Assembly (NCBI GenBank): GCA_024679065.1
Contig: JAGIQG010000026.1
Location: 22,940,001 to 23,004,000, forward strand
From: Sphyrna mokarran
Taxonomy: Eukaryota
Direction: 5' to 3'
Length of the DNA: 64,000 nt
Numbering within the stretch: position 1 is the first letter of the stretch; each line of letters opens with the position of its first letter. The notes under the pieces were generated by a model, which worked only from the letters and a program-made list of their open reading frames with translations, ran no database searches and was not told the DNA's origin. Below, one piece after another: positions 50,470 to 63,361 of the stretch. The position numbers were made by a program, and so were the translations under genes.

Positions 50470-52260
50470 ATCCCAAGAGACAAAATCACAGAGACAAAAT
50501 CAGTCAAAAATGGACACAAGGAGCCAAAAATGTAATCGGCAAGGTGGATTTTAAAGGCAGTTTTAAGGAGATGAGAGAGCAGTGGAACCAAACGAGTTTA
50601 GTTGAGGGTATTCTGCAGCAATGGGCTGTGGGTATGGCTGCCAATTGTTGGCAAAGAGACGTGGAATTGCATAATAGGCCATAGTAAGAACAACAGAGAA
50701 TTCAGGATGGCTTGCATAGTTGTAAGGAATAGAAAAAATAAAGAAGGACAAAATGATGAATAGTATGGGGATCAATTTAAATTAAAGTTTGGGAGACCCA
50801 AACGTCACTGAAGGTCAGCAGAGTCAGGAATAGTGGTTGAGAGAAGCTTGATATGGAAGAGATTATGGACAGCAGAGTTCTTGATGAGCTGAAGTTAACA
50901 AGGGGTGAGAGGTCGGGATACCATTTGGAAAAGCATTGGAACAATCAAGTTTAAGTAAACAAAGCAATAAATGAAAGTTTGAATCACAGATGCCGAAGTC
51001 AAGGATAGAGAGGTAGGTGATGCTAAGGAAGAAAAGGTAGGTGTTTTTGTGATGGAATGGCAATGAGATCAGAAGTTTAGATAGGATTGAATAGGATAAT
51101 GAATTTGTGAACAGTCTGATTCAACCAGAAACAACAAACAGGGAGTGATGAAATCAGGGGCAGAAGTACAGTGTTTATGATGGAAGCCAAGTACAATGGA
51201 TTCAATTTTCTTCGTTTCTAACAAGAGAAAATTTTTATTCAACACAGACTAAATATCACACAAGCAAAATTAAAGCATACACACAGCGAAGGATCAATGG
51301 AAATGTAGAGGCATTGTGAATTTCATCAGCATACACATAGAAGCTGCCTCCTTTATTATAACTGATAGCACTTAGGGCCAGTGTGCAGATAGCGGAGCAG
51401 TGGAAGGGGGTCACAAATGAATAATAGGAGAACTCCTATTATTCATAAGGCAAACAAAAACCATTGCTGACTCAGGCAATGAATAAAGAAGTAACAGTGG
51501 AAGGCAATCCCATGAGCTAGACAGCAGGAGTGTTTAAGTCTAAGTTCATTTATTAGTATTACAAGTATGATTACATTAACACTTCAATGAAGCTATTCTT
51601 GAAAATCCCCTAGTCGTCACACTCCAGCACCTGTTCAGGTACACTGCAGGAGAATTTAGTGTGACCAATGCACCTAATCTGTGGTAGGAAGCCAGAGCAC
51701 CCAGAGGAAACCCATGCAGACATCAGGAGAACATACAAATTTCATGTAGAGAGTAACCCAAGCCAAGAATCCAACCAGAGCTTCTCGCGCTGTGATGCCG
51801 CAGTGCTAACCACTGTCCCCAGAAGAACAATAGTCCAGTCAATCAAGTTAAAGCTTCATATGAGGTCTTTGAGAGCAAATACAGCATGATCACAGTTACA
51901 GATGATAGACTTTGAAACATTTCTGAGGGCTGCTTTGGTGCTGTTACAAGAGGGGAACAGATTCCAAAAATTCAAATTTGAAATTGGCTGAAAAATAGGC
52001 ATGGATTTGGGTGGTAACAGTATATCCAAAGACATTAAAAAGGAAAGCGCAGTTAGAAATTAGCAGCATATTGCAAAGACAGAGGGGGCAAGGATGTTTA
52101 TTCTCTGGGGAGTAAGGAGAGGGACCCACAGGCAATGTCAGATGACAGAACAGAAATTTGGTAGCAACAGTTTAATGGCAATGGGGTAAATAGAATAGGT
52201 GAATCTCAGGAAAAAGATGGACTTGGAAAGATGAGTGAGCAGAGAAATAAATAAAAGATA
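50470..52260 (-). mobile_element. Decayed L2 LINE interrupted by a SINE at 51535-51820
   Basis: GGATTTTAAAGGCAGTTTTAAGGAG; GCATTGGAACAATCAAGTTTA (reverse of LDYSN-like); TCATCAGCATACA (YAD-like on minus). Confidence 0.65.
51535..51820 (-). mobile_element. Tail-B V-SINE
   Basis: TTTATTAGTATTACAAGT...CATTAACACTTCAATGAAG tail, GAGCACCCAGAGGAAACCCA core, GTGCTAACCACTG head (read on +). Confidence 0.88.
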
Positions 52261-52429
52261 TAGAATTCGAGCTGGGGCAACTCTAAAGTTATCACTATAG
52301 TTGAATGAGTTATGTATTCAATATGGATAGGGTTGACCATTTTTTTTCAATATTTTGTTCACAGATTATTCCACTTCTGAATTAGTCAAACCTAAATTGA
52401 AGAATATAGCATTTTTGTATTAACTGGTG

Positions 52430-54220
52430 TGAGGGAAATGGAGGGGGAGTTTTTCTGGGAATCGGGCATACCAACTCCAGAACAAGTATGAGGCTGCTGG
52501 GTGCAGAGGTAAGCTAGGTAGAAGGGCTGTTTTTGTGCTCTGGAATTGCATTGAAGTTTTCTGTAAAAAGCAGTAAAATATGAAATAGCTATCCAGCCCT
52601 TATCCCTCACATTTTTACATGCCTTATCCATACAACCAATGGCTCTTCACGTGCTCAATGCCAACTTATGCTCCTTTTCCCACCATCATGGTCCTCATAT
52701 CCTCAGTGCCAAGCTATGCACTCCACTCACCATCATGCCCCTTTATAGTGCCAATGCCATCCCCTGTACCAATACAAACATTCTTTGGCCCTTTATAAAC
52801 CCAAGCCAACTTTGTGCCAACTCATGCCAACTCACCACTCTGTGCCCTTAGGACCTACTATGACAACTTATCCAGTATCCACCATGGGCAGACTTCAGGA
52901 GCCATGATGAGATTAAATTAAATTCAATTTCTTATTGATGAACTCACTATTTTGTAAAAAGTTGCATTCATAAAAATCCATTCACTACATTTAAATTCTG
53001 TCAACTGCATCTAATTAAAACTACCATTTCAGTTAAGTGCTTAATCCCTTATAAAAAGCAAGCATTAGAATTCATAGTCTCACTTCAAAGAGTATATAAC
53101 CACTTGTAACTGTGAATTAGAAGGCACTCTATCTGAAAATGGAAGATTGCAGAAAAAGTCATGCTGTGATTACCTGGCAACAGGTTATCCCAGGCTTATA
53201 TGAACAGATAGAGTTAAATAGCAAGCAGTGTTTATCTTAAACACCTGATATTTCTTAGAAATTTAGAGGATAGGAGTTTTAAATGCCTTGACAGTTTGAC
53301 ATTGCCTTTGACACTTCATCGTGATACTTCTAAGAGCTACAGTGAATTTGCCAGTTACTGAGTTCTTGCACCTTTTACGCATATTCATGTCTAATTTATT
53401 TTAATCCCGAAGTGGCACCCTACCGTTCCCAAGGGGCACTTTTCCAATTCTGAGGGGCACCTGACCTTCCCCAAAAGACACCTGATCCCTCATAAAGGCA
53501 TCCAATGACCAGTTTCAAAGGGGATCTCTACCTTGTCAAAAGGGTACCACATGTCTCTAAAAGACACCACAAACTTCAGATCTGCTCCAACCAAGTCTAA
53601 CTTGGGCACATCATGTTTCACATGCCTGGCTCAACAATATAATACAAGTTGAGTCATGTGCTGATATAAATGAACAGCTGCCTCTGCTCACTTACAGAAG
53701 CTAAGCTTATGGAATACTGACTGGTGTAGATAGAGTGGACGTTGGGGGAATGTTCCCAGTAATGGGAAAGACTACAACACAAGGGCACAACCTCAGAGTG
53801 AAGGGGCACTCTTTTCAAACTGAGATGAGGAAGAATTTCTTCAGTCAGAGGGAGGTGTACCTGTGGAACTCATTGCCACAGAAGGCTGTGGAAACCGGGC
53901 CATTGAATGTCTTTAAGATAGAGATAGATAGGTTCTTGATCAATAAGAGGATCAAGGGATACGGCGAGAAGGCAGGAGAATGGGGATGAGAATCATATCA
54001 GCCTTGATTGAATGATGGAGCAGACTCAATGAGCCTAATTCCGCTTCTATATCTTATAGTCTTATTGTCTGTGGAACATGTCTGTGTGAATCCCCATGTG
54101 GAAACATTCATATTCTGGAGCTCTACAAAAATGGTAGGTGCCATCTTTGGGATGGGACTTCTGGATTTTGGACTCATCTACCATTTTCACAATCATGAAG
54201 ATTCATCTCCAAAAATCTAG
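52430..54220 (+). repeat. Old unclassified interspersed repeat with internal degenerate tandem arrays, interrupted by CR1 at 53725-54063
   Basis: Homology to 10700-11640; TGCCAA-rich array at 52659-52830; about 21-bp degenerate units at 53407-53575. Outer boundaries uncertain. Confidence 0.6.
53725..54063 (+). mobile_element. CR1 3' end fragment
   Basis: MFPVMGKTTTQGHNLRVKG...RKNFFSQREVYLWNSLPQKAVE...FKIEIDRFL; tail TCTTATAGTCTT. Confidence 0.9.
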
Positions 54221-57200
54221 GTTTGTATCACTGAGCTTTGTACAGAAATAACACACAAAATTAAAAATTCAAAGTTGTTTAAAGAATAAAAAAAATTCTT
54301 ATCCTATGCCAAATAAATACTTTGTGCAAAATTTGTTTTGATGTACAAGCAAGTTTTTGAAATGTGAAGGCAGACAGCACAATTGAACTACCAGGCCAGT
54401 AATCAAGGTGGAATGGTTAAGGTTCTCAAATGCAATAAACTAACATCAAAAACCCTGCTACTTACTGTTCATTGTTTCAATCAAAGTTAAGTGCATACAG
54501 GTGGGGAGCTCTCATTTGATAATTACTTAAACATGGATGAAGTGACACTTATTGACAGTAAGTGACACTTATTGATAGCAGTGAAAGATTGTAGAGTTAG
54601 GAGCTATACATTTATAATGTTTCACTTTGTGAATAAATCTGAAATTGATTAAGGATTGATTTCTGGATTTCTCCTTCACCAACTGACTGTCAAAAGTTTA
54701 ACAATGACTTCTACCATCTACTATTTAGAAGTAATTCAAACAAGTATTGATGCTTAAGCCAATTGCATTGAGTCCTACATACTCTTAAAATGTATTGTAA
54801 GAACAAGTCAATACTCTTGTGCTGTACACTGGCAGGCAAGACTAAATGCAGCATCAGAGCACATAGATGTAATTAAGTCCCCATTTTTAGGTGCTTCCTT
54901 ATTTTTTATGATACTGTGACTTGTCATTATTTACAGTAAAAACTCTAAGAAATTTGCGAAATGGGAGTTGATTAGAGCAAAGGGGTTTCTCCGCAAACAG
55001 CCCAAGAAATTGGCAGACATAAAAGAAAGGCATTCAAGGACAAGTGCTGACAAAAAGACCTAATTACAGTGCAACAGGTTTAAGTTTCTATTATCAATGT
55101 GGACACAGGAATTCATAATGGAAGAAAAAGTTGGCATAGAAGTATGATTAAAAAACTAACAGGAAACAACATTTTACGGACAGGAAATATAAACAGATGT
55201 AAGATTATTAATATATTGAAGCTATGCAAATCAAAATGTAGAAATAGTGACTGCCACCAAAGAGCTAAACATGAATGAAGCCCTTCAAATAAACTAACAA
55301 TTCCAGCATTTTAGTACATAAATGGCTACTTTTGAAAAACCACAGTTACTTGCAGTCACTGTAGTCACAATTTGCCTTCTTATCTGGTTGTGCTAATTAT
55401 TTTTTAAAGGCTGTGTTTGCTGCCAGTGTCGTGCGTGCACAATTAAAGATTTTGTTTAGAAAGCCAATACTTCTCCAAGTTGGTAGGGCAGAAGGGCAGA
55501 ATGGAGCCAGGGACCGAGATGAGAAGGGAGGGGAAGCTTCAAACTCATCCAGTAAAGGCTGCAATTCCAGATTACAACTTGCCTATTCAGCCTTTGGAAC
55601 ACTGGGGCTTCTTCTGGTTGGCTCTTATTCAGATCCCAAAGCTGCTCACTCAGTTTCTGAGTAGGCAGGCAGCTGGACAAAGCCTCCCCACATTTCTTCA
55701 TCTCCGATTCCTCCCTCTAACCTGGACCTGTCACTGGAAAGAAGCCCCAGTGCTGCAAACAGGGGATATTGAGGCTGTAATGCGAAAGGGTGGCCATCGC
55801 CGGGTGAGCGAGAAGTCTCATCTCTCTTCTCATCCCAAAACTCCGAAGACTGCTGCAAATGACATCACTGGTTTTCTGGCTCACATGCACATGGATATTG
55901 TCAGCCATCTTGCATTGGCAAGAGACAAGCGTTTTTTAAAATGGTAACATGGTCAAATCAATGAAATCTACCAAGCTGATCTCCAGCAGATGCCAAGTCA
56001 GTCATGGAACATCTGCCAAGAAAATACTGAAATCCCTACCCAGAACATTTGCACCCTATGCCTGAGACAAAATCAGGACCGCTTCTGGGTTTCTTCCATC
56101 CAAAATCGAAACAGGTAACCTCTGCTAAAAATAGCTCTCTTGCCTTAACTGAAAAGAAATTCCGAAGGTGTTCAACGCATTAATTTCCTGTCTTTTTATC
56201 TCATTATCACTTCGGTACAGTACTCCATTTCATTAGTCTTTTAACACACATCTGTATTTCTTCAGAGCTAAAAACTTTGTAAAGCAAAATGATTTCTCAC
56301 ACACCTGCCCAGTTAATCTTTGAACAATTATTGCTTGTAAAATAAATGATGTACATTTAAATGGTATTGTAGCCTAAATGGATCTTGCATTAAAAGTTAA
56401 TAAATTAAAACAAACATAGACATTTCTCTACTTAAAAGAAACGTTGAACCCTTTGGCTTTTTATGTTTTATCCCCTCCCGTGATCTCACGTTACTTGCAG
56501 TCCAGAAGGTGGTCTCTCCTGATATTTGCTTTTTCTCTTAAGGAGACCAGACATTGTGTAGTAGTGAGCCCTTGCCAAATACTTGTGCATTTGTGATCCA
56601 AAGCTGGTAAAGCAAAACATTACAAATTCCCACTACAATAGATTGCCACTTTTATTCTCTGCAAAGGACAATGAAGCATTAATTCTGATGTGGACTTTGC
56701 AATAAGTACACTTAAGTCTTTGTTGCCAAATATGCTCTGAATCACACTGTAAAATAACTAGTAGCAAAACATAGCACCGGGAGAACAAAATTCACCCCTG
56801 GTCAACCATGACACGAGAAATCTTATGGATCAGCTTTGGAGTCTGCATACTTGATGACTAATTGTTCCTCTTCCACCTGGAAAATCAGCATCCATGCAAA
56901 TGCTCTAGAACTCTTTGCCACAATGAAGAATTGAAGACATATCAATACTTCATGGAAAACATAACCCTGCATGGTATTAGTTTCCTCATGAAGGTAACAC
57001 ATCGTGATTTAATCTTCACCAATAGCAATCCCCTTCCAAATCCCCCAAATGCATGTGAAAAAGAACTCCAATAATTTGCCACCTTCTTTCTCTTGTTGGG
57101 AAAAAGATTCCTTAAAATATTACAATTCCTAGCAATTTGATTGCTTCAAGATCAGAAGGGCTTTGTCGTAGTGGAAAGAGACATTAAGAGCTAAGTCTCT

Positions 57201-59039
57201 GTTAATCCCTTCTCCATCCAATAATTTTACAACTCCATTAAATTCCTTAACAACCCAAAGCAGCTAAAGAATTCCTAAAACATATTAGGGTTCAGTCGGA
57301 TACCAAGAATGCCCCCAAGACCTCACACATAACAAAGATGGAGCAGAAATAGCTCAACTTGAACAAGCTCAGGAAACAAAAAAAATGTTCTTTCATATTG
57401 CTGCAGAGAATCTACAAGCACATTGTATGTTTTATGTATTTTTATTCCTCTGCTTTGGTTTTTGCCTTCACACTGCCCATTTTCATGTTTTGACTAGTCC
57501 CAGCTGGCAATTTGCATAACTTGAATTTTCTCTAAAGGGCAATAGCTGCTGTCTCCAATTTACCATTGGATTAGTCCCTGTACTATTTATACTAAACATA
57601 ATTAAGAGAAACTGGGTATTCCTGCTAGTTCCTTGATTAACTCACTCATCCTGGAACTAAAGATATTGGACCATTAAAGCACTTTAAAGATGCTTCTCTC
57701 ATCAACATGTAATTTCTATGAGCCTGAATTTATAAATCTGGAAAAATGTTCAGCTAACAAAGTGAAGAATCTTGTTTTCTTACTTTGTGCCAAATTAGCA
57801 TCATTAGTAATATCTAAATCTATTCACACAGTCAAAGTAAACTCTTTCCTATGTTACTGATTGAATCATATCTGCTTGATATGATTCAACTTGGAACTTA
57901 ATTACAATGATCTGTGTATGTACAGCATTTCTTTGTACTTTTCTAATTGATACATTATTTACACCAATTTGATATAACTTCTATCTGCAATTATTGACTA
58001 TTTAACCCTTTTTCCTTTCTTTGTCATTATTCTAGATTAATCCTCAGAATGTTCAGAGTCCCCACATCTTTAACAGCACAACTGATATGTCACTGACAAG
58101 GGCAGTTCAGCCAGAACAAGTAGTGAGCTATGCAATATGTATTTCTATCATTTGGCTTATATTAGCTTCTGTCTCATTAAAGCTTGCTTGTAACTATTCT
58201 CGCATTTTGTTTGTTGCTATTTTAGTGGCTCAAAGAACTCAAGGATAAGTATACTCACCAGTAGGCCTCAATTATCAACATATGATACTTAAAATCTGTA
58301 TGGTCACCATGACCTATATGCGGATGGGAATATGAATACTAAATCGGTCAGAGGGAATTTAAGATGTTCTCTCCTTCCAAGAAAAAAGAGTGAAATGTGT
58401 GGCATGAAGTGGAAGACCAGATGAAAAGATTTAAAATACACCATTACATATAGCATGTAGGAGTCTGTACAACTAGGAATGAGAAAGATTGTTTGTGCTC
58501 TACTGAAATTGTTCATGTCATACAAAGAAAGGAGAGCAAGGAACTGGAGGTTTTTCAATGAGACTACTTGTGGGTGAGTTAGGAATATGAAGAGTTTATG
58601 AGGACTTTAGAACTTGGGGTTGAAGGTGATAGTCTGCTGGACTATGCAACACCCCTAAGATTCACTTACTTGCTGGGGTTTTGAACAACATACTGAGTGA
58701 AATGTGTGGCCGGCAGGCATGGCCAGTAGATTTCCACCTGGCGTTCAGTGAATGCTGGTCTGCAACCAGGAAGTGTGCGGGGAAGTCCCACTCTCTCATC
58801 AATTTCCTTCCTATCCTCCGTGAAACGAAGCCTTCTATTTTTAGCTCAATTACTAATTATGCAGGGAGTTGCAGTGAGGATTCACATCATGGTATTATCT
58901 AAATGTGATATTACCAAGAAAGTCAGTAAGATCTCAGCAGTCACTGCTTCAAAATCATCCGCAGTATTTCAAAACAGTTCCACCATTCAAAAGTGGAGCA
59001 TTACATGTGCCTGATAATTAGAGGTAATTACAACCTAAC

Positions 59040-60330
59040 ATCTAAAATGGGAAAATGCTTGAGACTATTCTACAGAATACTAGAAATGAACATGTAAATA
59101 CCAAAGGCATCATAAGAAGTAATCAGCATGGTTTTGGAAGGAAGTCACGTCTTACAAACTTACTCAAATTCTTTGAGATGATACCAAGTGAATGAGGACA
59201 ATACAGTAGTTTACCTAGATTTCTAAAAGGCATTTCTCAAAAAACATATTACACAAGGTCAGAAAAAGACTCTTACTTAATAAAATGTCTAAAGAAAATG
59301 AGACCTGACTTGGAAACATGGATGAAAATTGCAGAACTCCCCTAGATCCCCATAATTCAACATTTTCAAATGACATGGAACAGAGTCTCTGTAGTAGTTT
59401 TAACCTGTTGATACAAACCTATCTAGGAAGACGATAAGTAGAAATGTTACTATCTTTAGAGAAATTTGGACCAATTACATAGATAAACTGAGAGATAGAT
59501 AAAAATCTAGATAAAAATAGATTCACACCAGAAAGAACAGATTCTTTTAACATATAGATAGCATGAAAATATCACCAGTAATAAAATAGTGGAGGTGATG
59601 GCCTAGTAGTATTATCACTAGACTATTAATTCAGAAACCTGACTAATGTTTTGGGAATCCAGCCATGGCAGGTGGTGGAATTTGAATTCAATAAAAAGAA
59701 AATCTAGAATTAAGAATCTACTGATGACTGTGAAATCATTGTCAATTGTCGGAAAAATCCATTTGGTTCACTAATGCCCTTCAGGGAACAAAATCTGCCA
59801 TCCTTACCTAGTCTGGCCTACATGTGACTCCAGAGCCATAGCAATGCGGTTGACTCTCTGGCAACTGCCCTCGGGCAACTAGGTATGGGCAATAAATGCT
59901 GGCCAGCCATCAAGACCCATGTTCTACGAATTAATAAAAAAAAGACTGGAAGACAAAGGACTTGAGTAATCATTAGATTAGTCTAAGGTAGCTAATACCA
60001 AGGTAGATCAGATAATAAGCAAATCAGAACAGGTTGTACTGACATGGTATGAATCATTCTTGAGACTATTTCTGGTATTGGGCACGTGGTTTTGATTGCC
60101 CTATCTCAAAGATATACTGAAAAAAGTTCAGAGAACAGTGACCAGGATGATCCCAGGCCTTTGAGGGTTACTTTATGAAGAAACAAAGATGTGGTTCAAC
60201 TGATCTTCACAAGAAAATAAGATGCAGTAATGGATGGCATAGATGACATGGAAATAAACATGAATGAACATAAAGACTAAAGCGACAAAGTGCAAAATCT
60301 CCGAGAGGAGGTTGCTGATTTAGGGGAATG
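59040..60330 (+). mobile_element. Highly decayed CR1 remnant containing a SINE
   Basis: AATCAGCATGGTTTT, CTTACAAACTTACTCAAATTCTTTGAG, TACCTAGATTT, AAAGTTCAGAGAACAGTGACCAGGATGATCCCAGG. Confidence 0.65.
59591..59943 (+). mobile_element. tRNA-derived SINE sharing its tail with the CR1/L2-group LINE
   Basis: Head GATGGCCTAGTAGTATTATCACTAGACT; tail GGGCAACTAGGTATGGGCAATAAATGCTGGC...AAAAAAAA matches 3480-3550. Confidence 0.8.
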
Positions 60331-61027
60331 TGAAATCTATTAAAAAAAGAGCTGGTTTTTGTATGTTTTCTGGTATACGTGCTAACAAACTTCTACATTT
60401 AAAACAAAACTCCAACCATCCCCTTTCATTCTATTGGTGATGCTCTTAAGTTTGCGGCCTCTGGTTTCTGAGTCACCTTAGAAATTTTTAACCACATTGA
60501 TGGATCATTTTTCCAGAGAAAGTTGTGAAAGGAACATAATGTCCCAATAGTAATGGATTAATAGGTGGTGCTGAAGGCCGATCCCAGATGGAATAGTTAG
60601 ACAAGGACTTTAGGAGAGAAAGCTATATGGACTGACTGACCTGATTAGATTTATTTTACAGATAAACATAGTGTGTGTTTCTTTAAAAAAAATTTCAACA
60701 CCATTTCAGCCCAACACTTTGCAGAACTTTGGCAAAGACTAGTGAAACTGTTATGCTACTACAACAAGAAGGTGAGGCCTAGTGCCAAACAAGCAGTTGG
60801 CAGCCATGTTTGTTGGCTGCTGCTTTTCCGTTCCTGCTGGTGAAAGCAGCCCACATACATCGGGTATTTTTCTCAGCAGAAGAGCAGACCCATGGATAAA
60901 TACACAGAGTCACTTTCAGAACAGCTCCATTCAGCAAATTGGGAACTATAACTCGTTACAACACCAACTGAGCTCAGTGAACAAGAAGCTGGCTTCTCTT
61001 TTGGGGAGAACATGCTGTACGGCATAA

Positions 61028-61467
61028 ATCATAGAATCCCTACAGTGCAGAGTACAATGGAAATAGAGGGATACAAATGGATAGTCTGCTTAGGAACACA
61101 TTATTGGCGCAGGCTTGAAAGGGTGAAGGGCCTGCTCCTGTGCTGTACTGTTTTTTGATCTTTGTTCAGAAGGAGGCCATTCAGCCCATCAAATCTGCAC
61201 CGACCAAAATCCCACCCAGGCCCTATATCCATAACCCCACATATTTACCCTGTTAATCCTCTGACACTTGAGTCAATTTATCATGGCCAATCAACATAAT
61301 CCGCACATCTTTGGACAGCGGGAGGAAGCCGGAGCAACCGGAGAAAACCCATGCAGACACAGGCGAAGGTGCATATTCCACACAGACTATGACCTGAGGC
61401 CAGAATTAAACCTGGGTCCCTGGCACTGTGAGGCGGCAGTGCTAACCGCTATGCCATCGTGCCACCC
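61028..61467 (-). mobile_element. Full-length HE1-type V-SINE with a nested CR1 fragment
   Basis: Tail ATCATAGAATCCCTACAGTGCAG|AAGGAGGCCATT is split by the insertion; V core and head intact. Confidence 0.9.
61052..61166 (+). mobile_element. Short CR1 3' end inserted in the SINE tail, 4-bp duplication
   Basis: GGAAATAGAGGGATAC...GAAGGGCCTGCTCCTGTGCTGTACTG...CTTTGTT; CAGA at 61048-61051 and 61167-61170. Confidence 0.8.
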
Positions 61468-61472
61468 ATGCA

Positions 61473-61510
61473 AACGAGGTGGCCGAATGGTTAAGGAGAT
61501 GGACTACTAA
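61473..61510 (+). pseudogene. 5'-half tRNA-Ser(GCT) copy
   Basis: AACGAGGTGGCCGAATGGTTAAGGAGATGGACTACTAA matches 34 of the first 38 nt of vertebrate tRNA-Ser-GCT as I recall it (GACGAGGTGGCCGAGTGGTTAAGGCGATGGACTGCTAA); similarity stops at the anticodon loop. Confidence 0.8.
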
Positions 61511-63361
61511 ATAAGAGCCAACGTAAACTGGAGGCAAAAATTAAGTGAGGCAATTTTGCCTTGAGCATAACTTCTGCCACTTGCAGCAGTGCACTCGTCA
61601 GCTTGTAGCCAACAACAGCAGCAATTCATATATTGTATATACTTCAAACATATCCATTTTTAAAAAATGTATATGGTGAAAGGGACATGTATGAAAGAGC
61701 AGTTGTTTACATTATAGGAAATCCCACTCATGATGCCGAGTTCCTCGCCCACTCATACCTGTGGTGGTTGTGGGTTGTGAGGTTTGATCTCACTCAGTAG
61801 AGTAGTTTTCATAAACCACTGCTCATTATTGAATTGCATGAAGCTTTTTTTTTACTAATGAAGCTAATGACTGAATAAACAGTATTAAAAGGAAATATAA
61901 TTAAAATGCAGAAAAGATTTCAAGTGCTGCTGAATTACTTTTAACCATACCTGGATACTGAAAACAATAGGCATCAAACACAAGAAGTCATGACGAATAA
62001 ACAAAGAATGTTCCGGCAAATTCAGGTTTTGATTTTTTTTCTCAGCAGCGATGTTTAACAATTTCTTAACAATTCCTCAGAAGAAGTACGTTAAAACCAA
62101 CTCATCCACTTCATCAAAATGCATGGCTTGCAACATTAGGCAAGCAATTAGAGAATGATGACTGGGATAATACATCCTTGAATCAATTAAATTGAAAGAA
62201 AATCAGGTTCGAATTAATTTTTTGCTGCTCAGGAGCAACAGCATTTATGGTTCTTAAAGCTATTAAAGCCACTGCACATTCAAATCAGGCCAATGGATAA
62301 TTTGCACACCACCCCAAATGAAAGTATCTAATATCCCTTTCTACAGAATCAAAATCCTGATAACTTGTCGCACGTTCCATCACAAAATTGCCAAATCAAA
62401 GCCATTTTGCAAACTAACCTCTTTTTCTTCAACATTTTACTCACAGTACATTGCACTTAGTTTTAAATGTGGTCTGGCTGCGAAGTATACCTGCCACAAG
62501 CATATTGTGGAGACCATAGCTCCCAATCAGATGTATGCAATGCTAAATAGTAGCAACATGTAATATGCTCCATGCCCTTATTACTCATGGTAACAAATTA
62601 ACTACATTCAGCACACTTCTTTTATAAAAATTACACTAAAAAAAAACACCATCTTGCATGAGTTAATGTAGCTATATACATTTTTTTTAACCTACGGAGG
62701 TTTGGGAGCCTGCTTGTTAATTAACACATTAATCCTCTAATTCTGTTCAGAATTCAGCTCCTGAGGGTCTTTATTTTGCTAGCCAGCAGCAATATTATGC
62801 CTCATGGCGGGTAGTGTTTCATTCCGTGGGACACTGTTAAGGAAATACCAACTCACTCTGTGTCCCAGCAGAGCAATCCAACCTCAGAACGTTAGGTTCA
62901 TGGAGTTGTGACTCAAGATTATTTAATCTATTTTCAATCAAGTTTGCTAGTTTTAGAAACATCAATGAATCAACTTCACAAAGCCTCATGTTATTTCAGG
63001 CATTGGAGAATAAGGTTATAGTGTTCAATAACTTAGTTCAGGTCAGATATCAAAGTATTATTGAAGACACCCAACTAAGTTACAAATGGGTTCTTGGAGT
63101 CCAACATCACAGGTATCTTTCTGTAATTTGAATGCATGCAACAAATAATATTGAACGGTTTTATCCTATAATAATTCACCAAGATACCTGCTGTAGTTGC
63201 ATTTTACTGAAGAGAAATGACTTCCAATTTACCCATACAAAAATTACTGGTTGTTCAAAGCTTCGTTCTGGCAGTCAACACAATAATAAAGAGCATTATT
63301 TGAAAAACAGCAAACAGTTCTCCTTGTGTCAAAGCCAATATTCCTTTCTCAACCAGCACCA

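Noticed and set aside
53407-53575. Repeat-spacer-like array considered as CRISPR-like
   Set aside because: Degenerate minisatellite in a eukaryotic repeat; no identical repeats or cas genes.
54540-54575. 20-bp-period tandem duplication AAGTGACACTTATTGA
   Set aside because: Ordinary slippage duplication; similar ones near 32400 and 50480.
55480-55947. 155-aa ORF
   Set aside because: No recognisable domain; lies in a GC-richer repeat-like block where open frames arise by chance.
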